Position numbers and translations under genes: made by a program. A stretch of 64,000 nt of DNA from Balanoglossus misakiensis (taxonomy: Eukaryota; Animalia; Hemichordata): contig JBECUI020000043.1 of NCBI GenBank assembly GCA_040954595.2, positions 1 to 64,000 of the forward strand, in the 5' to 3' direction. Positions 52,519 to 64,000 of this stretch are shown here, in pieces; positions within the stretch are counted from its first letter, which is position 1, and the number at the start of each line of letters is the position of its first letter. The notes below the pieces were generated by a model. It ran no database searches. It saw only the letters and a list, made by a program, of their open reading frames with translations, and was not told where the DNA came from.

Positions 52519-54385
52519 GCTGGGGCAAAAAAAGTTGACCAGACAAGAGAGATTAGGTATATACGATAGACTTATTTTTAATACTTTTTGTTGAAAGTTC
52601 GCTGATTGCCAACATAACGATCACCCCAAAATGTCTGCAAATGCAGTCCGACTGATTTCCATTATATATACACTCTACATCGTTGCTGTGTTCAGAAGAA
52701 AACCATGATCACGTGATAGCTTTGTTTATCTCTATCTCTGTGATATATAAAAACGAGAAGAGAAATAAAAGGCGACAGAGGATTTGCGAATGTGACGTGA
52801 CAGATTGAAAAATGGCGCGAACATTTGACTGATGCCTGTTGCACAACCCAGAACAAGGATGCAGTCATTCTCAACGATAACAAGACAAATAACAATATAA
52901 TGAAAAAATCATTCTTGATATGGTTGGACAAACATTCCACCATTCTAGGTGAAAAATACCACCATAACCAAAGAAATATCCAAATTTACACTACTATTAG
53001 ACTCGAGTTTTTGTACAAAAATATAAAGGTTTCAGAAAATGTGAAGATGAGAACATTGTCTGTCATTAGAGGAAGGTAGATTATACACGTAGTATTCTGT
53101 TAGGGTTGAAAGCATCGGGCTGAATAAATTGAAACCTGGTAAAGTCTATCACTAACTTAAATACAGCTAACTAATTCCAGTGGAGATCACGAATTCTATA
53201 TGACCAAAGCTGCACGCAAGAGAAGATTTCTAACCAATGACGCGGGAAGGGGCGTTACTGAAGGTTCAAGAATAACCCGAGAGGGTTGGCAGCATTTGTC
53301 ACTGTTAGACGACCCTGGGGGCAATGGGGTTCGGTAAAAGCTTGCACAGGGATATCGTCATCGCCAGGTGTATCTTTCTATGCTATTGTCCTTGATGAAC
53401 ACCTGGCTATTAATTGATACCGACACCATACGCTGTCAAAGTGGTTAATTCCTATGATTGGTTACCATTTCCCGGGCTTTTCATTTTATGCTATGCAAAT
53501 TAGTTATGCGAGAAATTAAATTATTCTGTGTAGTAACCCATATTACTTCTGGTTATCACGATCTGGCCAGTGGACATGACAAATGACAAAATGTTACTTA
53601 ATTTGCCAATGGAAAGTCGCAAAGAGCGATACATCGCCGACATATGATTATTCAATGCAGGAGAATACAAATCATGTTACACATGAGACTGAATGAAAAC
53701 ATCGAAAGGTCTCCAAATACAAGATATGCTGAAGATTTAATGCGTTCGCAATCTGAGGAACATCTTTATCTTAAGAGTCAACTAGCAGGGACACTTTTTT
53801 GAAATAATTTTTTGCAAAATTATTCGTGCAATGATCTCTTGAGTCGAAACTAACAAGGTATTCGTGGAAACTAACAAACTCAAATATCTGTTTGTTTGTT
53901 TGTTTAAGAGTCAAGATGACAACAATCAAGGCTGAGGCGCAAGACTTTCGAGAACAAACTCATCCATGGAATTAATGGTGTGGACACTTGTAAGTATATG
54001 AAATCAACAGGATAACCGCTATCCAAGCAAAATGTCACTGACAAGGAAAGTATGCTTCACCAAAGCAGTCCACTAACAGACATAACTTAAACAAAGCCCT
54101 GGTACAACTCTGTTATGTTTATGACAGAACTTTAAATTGCTATGAGAAATCAACACATCTCTTTGAAACGATCGCATGCAATACGCTTATGACTGCAAAG
54201 CAGAAAGTTGTAAACTTGATAAGGGATTACATGGAAGTAATTTATCTCACAAAAAGCGCACCTTAACACCGGTGGCAATCAACAGTAAAGTTCCCCTTTT
54301 CCGTAAGGAACTTAATTAAACCGATAGAAAATAGGCATCATGTACACAAAATAACAAATAATAATAATACATAGAAGAATGTCCC

Positions 54386-54430
54386 GGGTCAAAGTTCACC
54401 TATCCACCCTGGTGACCTTTGGTCGGGTCA
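54386..54430. promoter_or_regulatory. DR1 nuclear-receptor element cluster (HNF4/COUP-TF/RXR type)
   Basis: GGGTCA-A-AGTTCA at 54386-54398, TGACCTTTG at 54413-54421, GGGTCA at 54425-54430. Confidence 0.3.
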
Positions 54431-54499
54431 AATGAATGATAAAGCTCTGTCTCAGTGTCTGATATAGGAAGTTGTCTCAACAAATAATTCATCAACATT

Positions 54500-55013
54500 G
54501 CACTTGGTACTACTAGTAATTTTTACCTTGGTTTTAATTCAAAATTATACAAAATTTTACCTCTACAGGGTATATATGACCCAAGTTCACTGTCATCTCT
54601 TTTTGTCGGAAAGACAGCAAGCTAATGGTTGCTTGGGTGCATTTTCTATGAATTTCGATACAAATCTCCATGGAAACGAAGGAGATTTGCCGGGAAAGGT
54701 ACTTCACACACGATGGAAAATAAACAAAACAGCAACTTTGTGTCGAACATTCCTTTTTAAATACATCAACATCTTCTGAAAAGTATTTACACTTGTTTAT
54801 CTTAAATAATACATGATTTGAAGAGTCTTTCAACCTGACCTGTGGTTGCTTTTATCCGGAGAATGGCACAAAAAAGTTGACATCGTCCGTCATGGTAGTT
54901 TGGAGTTTCCCACTCTTGGCACTCTGCAGTCTTCGAGTTCCTTTCTCAAGACAGAAGACCATTTCCACACGAACAGTGGCAGACATCGGCTTGGAATTGC
55001 CCCAATTGGACTT
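54500..55013 (-). other. LMO4: Putative LMO4 3' UTR (3' end uncertain)
   Basis: Follows the TAG stop; U/AU-rich with several TGTA motifs on the minus strand; candidate variant poly(A) signal ATTAAA at 54538-54533. It may extend further. Confidence 0.45.
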
Positions 55014-55022
55014 CTAACACAC
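55014..55022 (-). CDS. LMO4: LMO4 terminal coding exon segment (Val-Cys-stop)
   Basis: Minus strand reads tcttttttgttttgttttgaacag|GTG TGT TAG. Phase 0 matches the donor at 60380 and gives a C-terminus ...NKVC*, like the ...QKVC* end of vertebrate LMO4. AT-rich UTR-like sequence follows. Confidence 0.82.
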   Translation of the reverse strand: MC

Positions 55023-58000
55023 CTGTTCAAAACAAAACAAAAAAGATAACAAAAGATTTAATCAGATGTCGATGAGTAAAAACTTGCTGGAAAAATAATG
55101 ATTATGTTTAACCTGCGCAATGGACGTTGTTATAGGGGTGATGCAAAGTTCAGTGTTTGCATGTCGGAGGATATCGATGACACAGTCCGCATACAAAATG
55201 ACCATAGCGGCCACCTTAATCCAATTAAAGGCATTTAATATTAGCTTAAGAATAATGATAAGCGCGAACTAATTAAAGTGGGTCTCACTTGATTAGATTT
55301 TCTATTTTCCAGACACCAGTGTGATAGACGCGCTCTTTCTGACCAGGTCACCTAATATCCTGTCTGCCATGTTTAACCGGTATTCTCTGGTATTAGATAC
55401 GGCTGCTTTGCTTTAATTATCTCGCCAATAATGATTTAAATTAATCACAGCATCGATATCAATGGCATCGAGACCCCAGTGTTCAACGTTAACGAGCGCC
55501 CAGATCATCTTTAGACTTCACGACAAGACTATCTTTAATTTTAAACTTCCTTTCTTCGTCTGTGATTGAGCTTACATCTAAAAATAGTTGCCAAACTAAC
55601 AGCGTCTTTTCTGAGCGACTATTTTGTCTCTGGTGAGGGCAGTGATCAACTCTGCCGCTTATTGGAGTACCAAAGCAATTTGAAACTGAGGAAATTGTGT
55701 TTTAGCACTTAAATGATGTCCTTTATTGACAGCTATTCTATAAGTTTGGTTGAAAACACGTTGTAGAGATGGTAAAGTATTCATGTTTTGAAAATTTACT
55801 CCCAACGATTGTTGCATTATATTGCTAAGTCATCAAATATAGTATTCGCCACAAAAATCATGAACACTGTCACCAGGCCAGTGACCCAAAATCAGTTATC
55901 TGTTAAATTATAATTTGAGTTTTAACACCATCACTCATAATATCCCCCCCCCCCCATTTACAATGGAAATGGCGATAAAAACGGGTGGCTCTGTATTAAA
56001 TCATTTGGCTAATAATAATAAAAATCTACGGTACCTGTCAATTTGATATAAATTTTGTTTCAAATTTTCGAGTTTGTGCTAAGAACCTCGGGTTATTTGA
56101 GGCGTAAAGTGGTAGCTGGGTATAACGTCAATATAAATGTTAAAAAAACAGGTGCGATTCCTCATTGTCTATTTTTTTATTTCAAACTGTTGACAGTACC
56201 AGCTACTTTTATAATTACTGGACAACTTACTCATTAGATGGTGCGTTATAAACAACTCTGGCCACAAAACACATTGCAATAAGCCGTCTACCAGCGCTAT
56301 TTCATCGACAAGAATAAATATCCCTGTATTAGCTGAATGTAAATGCGACAATACCAGTGGCTATTCAGCCATAAATGAACAAACAAGTTAATTACGGAAT
56401 GGGACCCTCATATTTTGGAAGCAATTATTCAGGAAGATCGCAGCCATCTGGAGTTTCGATTTTTACATATGCACACGTCACACCATATTATGGGATCATA
56501 GTTGCGGGGAACACATGGAGAAATACACACGTAGACGGTTTGTTTATTTGGTGTATAAAAACTCAATTGCAAGCAATTGAAAAGGGACTCGAGCTCACGA
56601 ACTCAAACAAACAAAACGCCCAAATTTAGTCCTGAAGGACACGGGCGTTAAACGAACATATGTTCCCTATACACAATGTTTGTTCTATGCTAACCCCAGT
56701 CCAACTCGCTCTCCTCGTACAAAGTACGCGTAAAAATTTAATCACTTTTGCGGGTTGGGTTTTATGATTTTGGTACGATCATGTCAACTTTCTCCTTCAA
56801 TATTTGCTGTTGTCCACGAAAGTAAAACACTCACTGGGTCAGTTTGTGGCCGGGGTCAGTGTTGTCCCCACACCGGGGTCCTTCTGAAACTTGACAGAAC
56901 TCCCGCGTTCAAAAGTATGCGGACATTACGAGTCAACATAATAAACATTGTCGCTGATGTTATACATGGGGTTTTAGTCAGGTCAGCTACTCCAACGGTT
57001 TAGGGAGAATATCGCTCACGCTCTGTCGGGTTCTGCAGAATCAGTGTCACGGTTTTTGACACTGTCTAATCAACTTGAAACCATTTTTTTCATCTTCAGA
57101 AAGAGACGAGACTTTTGAGGACGCTGCGGACAAAATCAAGTTTGACACGCGGTCTGCTCATCAGTACTAGCGAGTTTGATTTTACGCACAAGTGTGTAGA
57201 CAGGAACGATAGCCAACACATACTGGATATAGGAAGAGATGGTATTGCGCAACACAGCAACGGCTGCAGGCGTACCCCGCACGGACAGCTGTGTATACGC
57301 ATACGAGAATTACGATGTCTAATAGTCAAGCAGTTGCGCCTTTCTTTGCAATATGGGCGCATTGAAAGCAGCTATTTCCAGACCCCTAATTAATTAGCCT
57401 TTCCACTTTGTTAAATTAATAGATGCCTATTATAAATTGCCAATCAATTGATATTCTAGGAGGCATGCTACCAATTAACCTCCGTAAATTGGAAATTTAA
57501 TAGAAATCACTAATGAGTGAGAGTCTATTTATACACTGACGTCGACTGTACAGCAATGGAGTACAATTCTTAGGTTGTTGTATATGTATAAATTCTGCTG
57601 CATGGGGAATGTATTTTTTGTCTGTTCGAAGAGGGGTCGCTTTTCTTGTAAAAGAGACTCATCAAATTACCGCTAAATCGAATTAGGTCTCTCTTAGAGT
57701 ACTCATACACGTCGCTCTCGAGACCGCCGCGTGATACGGTGCACAATTGGAAATCAGGCCGTTGCTGACGATAGAGTTGCAAACGGGGCCGGGCTTTGGA
57801 TGAATAGGAAATCACCAGACGCGGACGCATACATCATCTCCAGCGGCGAAATATTTTCCAATTCATTTTCCGACTGGAAATTAATTTGCCTGAAAGATGC
57901 TTTAAACAAATACGGCTCTGATTAGACAACTGATGGGATTTTATTGTGTGGACACGGGTATGTGATGCGATCTCGTCAAACCGAGGGAAATGGATGTGTT

Positions 58001-60380
58001 TATTTTTATGACGACATATTCGCAATATTCGCCCGTCGTTGTCGACCGGCAGTTTCGCATTGCTTCATTTGGTGAATACATTCCCCTTCAAACAGAGATG
58101 ATTCCCATTTCCGCCCACTTTGTGCTGGAGAAATTAATCAGGCAAGGATCAAATTTGGCTTTCTTGTTCTCGCACCTGCCCATGGGGAGTGGCCATGATG
58201 GCATTGCAGTGGTACGCAATCGAGATCGACACCGTCCCACTGTGCTATATGCCTCAGTAGAAATAATGAATTTCTAAATTGAAATTGTAGTCATAAATAG
58301 AGTTCCAATTATCGTCCGTATGCTTTTCTACACAAGTATCGTTCTCTTGTGACATCTCACTGCATGATCTCGTATACTGCAACGTAAATTGGCAGCTAGG
58401 TTTTATGTCGTCTGCAACTAGTTCTCCCGCCAGCTATTTCGGATTAATTCGAGAATTTCTTTAATTTTCATCTGAAGTGGTGACCAATTTTAGCCGGGAC
58501 CATAAAATCATAATAATCTCCACAGAACTGTCCCAAAATGCTCAAATGAATGCACGCCTGCAAATTATTTCAATCTGGCGGAAAGTAAAGTTCCAACTAA
58601 CTGCAGTTCGTGCGTCACAATCTACGCGGGAAAATCAGCCGAGTCTAATATCAGGTGTTTTAAAAGTGAAGGGAATATATTGGTAGCATTGATACAGAGA
58701 TTACCAGAGCCATTCGTAAGATTATTGAGTGGTGTTGGCAATCTTTTAGCCTGGCAACCTGAAATCCTTGAGCTTCTCGTCATCATCGAAGATCAAACTA
58801 ATATTTTTCAATTCGAACGCGGAAATGGAAGGTTACAGCTTGCTGCCGCTTCTATTGACAACACGGGCGCAAGTTATCGAAATCAGCGTTATCGCTATTG
58901 CCGAGATCAAACACGAGATGCAAGCGCCAAATTAAACTTTTGTGGAGCCCTATTCCCTACCATATTTATGATTAAATTTCCCTATTCACTACCTCGCTGA
59001 AAATACGAATTTTCACTCAATTTAGCAGACTCAAATAATGGAATCCTGAGACCAATTTTCTGGCACCGATCTAATCAAAATTTACTGGTATGAAGTTTTG
59101 AGTGACAGGCAGAAGGAACTTGCGTGCAAAATTAATTAAACAACTTTATTGGAAACACACGATATTGGGGTGACTTATCTAATTTATTTTGTTGGTAATA
59201 TACTTTGTAATATTGAACATATTTTGTCCTATTAAGTCTGACAAGACCCGTTAAATTAAAGCTGTCATATCGAGCCTGGCAAATAATGGCGACTGTTTAT
59301 GGTTTCTTTACATTTGACTCGATCATGCTATCAACATACATCGGCATTTAACCTCTGAGTCTGTCATTTTAAAATTAAAACAGTTCAATCATTTCATTGG
59401 TGTTTGGAAACACTCAGCGCCGCGCGATGCACACATGTCGTTCTTTCCCGCCAACCCATACCCGGCTATTTGAAAGCTGCATGAAATACTCGCAAAACAT
59501 TACAGTTGTCTGCACCCTTTAATCTAACAGCTTCAGGCCTCTAATATCAATATATCCAAGACAGAAAGGACACCTTGGCGGGGAAATGACCACACGCAAA
59601 CACGAGACAACCGATTTTGTCGGTACTGAGCTTAAGCCGTCCGTGGTCTAGGGTGCAGAGGTACAAGGTTGGATTGTGAAAAGTTAAACACAATTTTACA
59701 ATGTGTGTGTGACGATGTCGCGTGTGCACTGTCAACACTCGGGCTTTGAGATTTTCAATTATTAAACACTTCATTAAGCAAACTGGATGCTATTCGAGGT
59801 AGAGTCTTTTAAACCAATTAGACTTTGACATTTTTAATCTACACGAAAATGAGTAATAACTGGCGATGCCCGATGCTGTTGGTTGAAAGCCCTACTGCCT
59901 GATTGCCTGGCGATAAATATTTTGAAAATTTAATCAAATTCACACTGGTTTCAGAGAGTATTTTTAGTTGCAGATAGTTCCAATTTAAAATGGACCCGAA
60001 AAACACCAACGCATTGTTGTTAGGCTTCACGGCACAGCGCATTGTTGACATTTTTAAAGAAATGGTCGGTGCCAAGTTACATTGAGCAGAAAGGTACTGG
60101 TAATTTTTGCGTGTTTTTTGCGTCATATTGTTATTAGCCTTTTAGGCGCCGTTGGCGAAATGTAACCGAAATGCTTGAAAACTTTTAACGGCAAAATGCT
60201 TTTACCTTGATGAAACTGCATGTGAAGGTTTGAAAGCTTTCATTCTAGATAAAAATTGGCGATAAGATATAATGTGCAATTTTCATACAAATATGGGCGG
60301 GAAACTGTCTGTCGCATGCAAAGCCAGTAGTTTAGCGGTTGTAATGTAAAAGCGCGCGTTCGAAAATGGATGAACCTTAC
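55023..60380 (-). other. LMO4: LMO4 last intron (5,358 bp, GT-AG)
   Basis: Donor gtaagg at 60380-60375; acceptor cag at 55025-55023. Confidence 0.8.
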
Positions 60381-60618
60381 CTTATTTCTTGCTCTGATTC
60401 CTGTGTTGTTATTGGCTTTGAGTAATTTCTGGTGATCGTTCTCGCAGAATAGGTTTCCATTGACTAAAAGAAACCGATCTCCTGGGACTAACTGATTGTG
60501 ACACGAACTGCAAGCAAAACATTTCAGATGATAGACGTTTCCCTGCGCCCTCATGACGAACTCACTGGCCGGTATTGATTGTCCGCACGCATTGCAAGCC
60601 CCAGTATTCCCGAAAAGT
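60381..60618 (-). CDS. LMO4: LIM domain only protein 4 (LMO4-like), internal coding exon encoding the second LIM domain
   Basis: 238-nt exon between a polypyrimidine acceptor (tttgtccttctctttgttttaactttgcag, AG at 60620-60619) and donor AAG|gtaagg (60380). It translates as (R)LFGNTGACNACGQSIPASEFVMRAQGNVYHLKCFACSSCHNQLVPGDRFLLVNGNLFCENDHQKLLKANNNTGIRARNK. This has the full LIM pattern CxxC-x18-HxxC-xx-CxxC-x18-CxxD and closely matches vertebrate LMO4 LIM2 as recalled (LFGNSGACSACGQSIPASELVMRAQGNVYHLKCF...LVPGDRF). Confidence 0.96.
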
Positions 60619-63600
60619 CTGCAAAGTTAAAACAAAGAGAAGGACAAAAAGTGTCGTTAGTTACACTGTCAAAGTCCGGGGTTACCATATTCGAACGATG
60701 GATTTTAACATACAGCGAACGAGCCTATTTTTCCACTGAATTGTGCGGTTACGATATATACTATTCGGTACTGTGCGGGCAACAGTTGCGGTGATGGTAT
60801 TGACATTACAATCCCAGCTGTTACCATTGAATGAAAAATCCCATTTAATGGTGGAAATTGAAATCGAACTTAATTGGGGTCTTATGTATACTTTTAATGT
60901 AGGCTTAATTTTTAACTAGAGTTTCCATTTACTGTTTAAATATTGCATTCGTTCTGATCTAGACTGTCGGGTCACGGTATTTTATCGCAAAATCCGACAC
61001 TGCTGCAAAGGCTTCGGATTTTCTGTTTGCGATTTTACCAAATGCAATTTTTGTAGTTCCTAAAGAGACCTTTCGCTATTGAAAGCAAAGTACATTTTTA
61101 ACAGTTTAGGATCGCCAGGACTTATTTAATTTAGGCCAATTGGGTCATTTATGATCTTAATAAAGTCTGACTGTTATATTATATATTTTGGCTGATGCTT
61201 AACAACTCAAGCAGAACAAAGTATAAACTACATATATTCTATATTTCTTATTAGATTGATTAGCTCGGTCACTCCTCATCTCCTCTTCAATTTAATGACG
61301 CTGCAGTCTTTTGGATAACATCCTTTTGAAGAAAATTTCCATAAAAGTTACAACAAGAAAAAACATGATAATCACGCTTCGAATGTTTTTCGAGAGAAAA
61401 AAATGTTGAAACACCTGTAAGTTGAGGACACTAATTACGGCGCCTATTGGATATGTTGGTTCGGTTAATGTTTACTCGAGGGGATTGAGTCTCTCCCAAG
61501 TAATTGTGGACAATTGGTTTCAATTTAAGTCAGAACTCTTGTCAAAGACAATCTCGCGATAAGTGCAGTCCATTATGCCAGCTAAGATACAACTGCGCGG
61601 TGTTTACAGTAGCTAGGTTCTGTTACTGTAACACGGGACGCTAAAAGCACGTCAAATTTGGACTAATTCTTTGTAAGTGGCAGCTCTTTACAGAGGAGAG
61701 GTGAACCACCCCAAAAATGTCGGCCCCACACTTTTTTCTTCTTTCACTTGAAATGTTGCAGAAGTTGGTTGGATACAACGGTCAGTATATGGAATATTAA
61801 AGGTTTAATGGGTCACAATTAACCGCTTAATAATGCCCCTAAGTGTAATTTGGTTAACTGTATATTAGGGTAACACAATGGACGACATTAAGAAGCGGCA
61901 TTTAGGATCGAATTTGTCTGTCAACACCGTTTAATCCGGATTGCTGAATTGTTAGGGCTATTGTGGCGAGGTTTTTATGTACAAAACAAGAAAGGCTCTC
62001 AACAATTCAGCAAGAGGGTAATTGAAATAGACACACATACAACCCGATGAAAAAAAGTATCGAAAACCCGCAAACGAAACGAACTAATGAATTTTCAGTA
62101 AAACTTTCAGAAAGTCTGTTTTTGTTTGTGTGAGGTCGCATGTCGTCCATGCCGACGAATCTCTGACATATCATGGTACAAGGTACATAATGGTCGTATG
62201 CATGATTTGGCTGATCAGGTTAATGCGACGTCTCAATTATCCCCAGACGAACTCAACAGAGTTCCAATCCTGTCGTCTCAAACCCTCGAATATGGCACCT
62301 TAATGACAACATAAGCACCTAAGTCGATTTACTGGCGATACCGCTACTTGCGCGGTACCTGTTGATGGAAACGCTCGGTTTGAAAACGGACTGGACCATG
62401 ACTCCAAACACAGCGTCAAGAAATCCTGTGAAGGGTCGGAAGATTTGAGTTTCGTCTAAGTGTCAGATTTGCGGCATCTACTCAATGACACATTCCTTGT
62501 TCAAATGAATGTTGCCGTTAACAAAAAAAAAGAAACCGAATCATGTCTTGGGGCGAATATGACTACGCAACTATCCCCTCAAGAACATCTGCTTTGGAAT
62601 CGACAGTATCTTCACCTGTCTTCAAACCAACCTTACGTAGACGTAGCCCATTTATTTCAAAATGAAAAAAAAATCTGGAAATTCCCGCTTTTATAAAAAA
62701 AATGGAGGCTATTTGCAAATCCTGTGTGGAATGGAAAGTCTTTGTTTTGGGTGACGGTATAATTGATAGACAAGTTGAATTCCTCAGTGAGTACTACCCT
62801 GTTGGAATATTTATAGCTTCAATTTAAAACGAGACATTTCTTCTAAATGTTAAATTGAACGAGAAAAATTCGAGTAGTTTTTCTTCATGTCGAAGCTACA
62901 AGGGCCCGTCACCTGGGGTCGGCCTCTCGCATACTCGATTGACACAGCGGCCAATATTAACTATTATTACTTTTATGGATCTCCCGTCCCATTCATACAG
63001 ACATCGGAAATCGTAAGCAACCAGCCCCCCCCCCTCACTCCATATGTTTTAATCCATACAAAGTCCATATATATTAATGACAGAGGAAATTAACTTTAAT
63101 ACTTTTTCATTACACGAGCTGGAAAAGTCGGTTTATGAGGCGGTAGACTCAGTCATTTTTCACAGTCGCATTGTCATGTCATTTCTATTTAAGGCTGGGG
63201 AGTTCTACAACCGACTGCTAAATGAAAAATCGTGTCCTCGCACTGTTGACATTCTTAGCTACAAAGGAATAACGAGTTTCCACGCATTTTAAGTTCATTA
63301 AGAGCTTCACGGTGAGTTAGTCTCATTCTTTATTTATCTGGGAACCGAAAAACTGCATTACCAGTACTAATAACACGGTGAGGGTTAAACACGGCTGAGT
63401 AATGTCCATTCAGCAAACAGAGGAACGTTTACTAAGTTTTAATGAGCCCTCCATCGTGCATTACCATAATAAGTCTGGCCTAATGATTCTGTGGTCTCCA
63501 AGGACGAGAGATGGAATTCACCAATATCACAAGTGTTGTGTTGATAAAAGGCGATGGGGAAGAGATAGGAATGCCTAAGCCAAATCCATCGAGAATCGGT

Positions 63601-64000
63601 AATGGGCAGAATGGGATCACACACTGCAGCCTCTACAATGATATATGGACCCACATAACTCACCATAATACCCGACCATGTCTTTTTCATCATAAAAGTC
63701 ATCTGCACTCGGCTTTTCTATACATTTTCAAAATTCTCTCTGACTCCCCCCTTGTCCTGCTGTGTGTGTGTGATTTTTTTATGGTGAATACTTAAACAGA
63801 TGTATGGAATCCATAACGCATTAACATATATATTGAAACTTATATCTGGTGCTTGCCAGCTCATTACCAAACTGAAGCAATTTTCGGACAAAAATGTACT
63901 TTGGGGAATACCCGGCTAACAGGACAACCAGACTACAACAAAAGCTGCCATTACCCAGGTCTTAGCTTGAGTTGCAACTTCATTTCGTACCGAAATGGGT
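60619..64000 (-). other. LMO4: LMO4 intron between the LIM1 and LIM2 exons (partial, over 3.3 kb; LIM1 exon outside the window)
   Basis: Phase-2 acceptor at 60619; no LIM1-like Cys/His pattern recognised up to the window end. Confidence 0.8.

Noticed and set aside
58680-59000. 106-aa plus-strand ORF inside the LMO4 intron
   Set aside because: Non-ATG start, antisense and intronic, with no recognisable homology.
60240-60554. ORF-track 104-aa protein as a complete gene
   Set aside because: It starts at an internal Met of the LIM2 domain and reads through the splice donor at 60380. The true exon is 60381-60618.
60976-61039. Imperfect intronic hairpin (AAAATCCGA/TCGGATTTT core) as a miRNA precursor
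   Set aside because: Only 9 contiguous pairs with large bulges; too weak without small-RNA data.
63439-63795. Overlapping ORFs near the right edge as the LMO4 LIM1 exon
   Set aside because: Neither shows LIM Cys/His spacing or LMO4 LIM1-like sequence.

Overview
Eukaryotic (metazoan, probably invertebrate) genomic DNA in two parts. Bases 1-~39,470 are one AT-rich satellite family. About 436 copies of an 87-bp monomer run off the left edge and flip orientation at 6,155; they contain block duplications of about 1.53, 2.21 and 1.305 kb. About 17 copies of a diverged 88-bp variant form the array edge. The array ends in a 29-bp hairpin built from the monomer's own GTTATAGCTCAT motif, followed by (ATAC)16(GAAA)20 microsatellites and a short unique box, a layout reminiscent of a non-autonomous Helitron/Helentron-type element end (inference). 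Bases ~39,750-64,000 are unique, gene-poor and motif-rich. They hold the 3' part of an LMO4 (LIM domain only 4) orthologue on the minus strand: the LIM2 exon (60,381-60,618) and a terminal exon with only 9 coding nt, V-C-stop (55,014-55,022). The LIM1 exon lies beyond the right edge. All long ORFs in the satellite are artefacts of an in-frame 87-bp repeat. The most unusual observation is that the inversion breakpoint, the terminal hairpin insertion and several internal indels map to the same few bases of the monomer (GGGTT^ATAGCTC).
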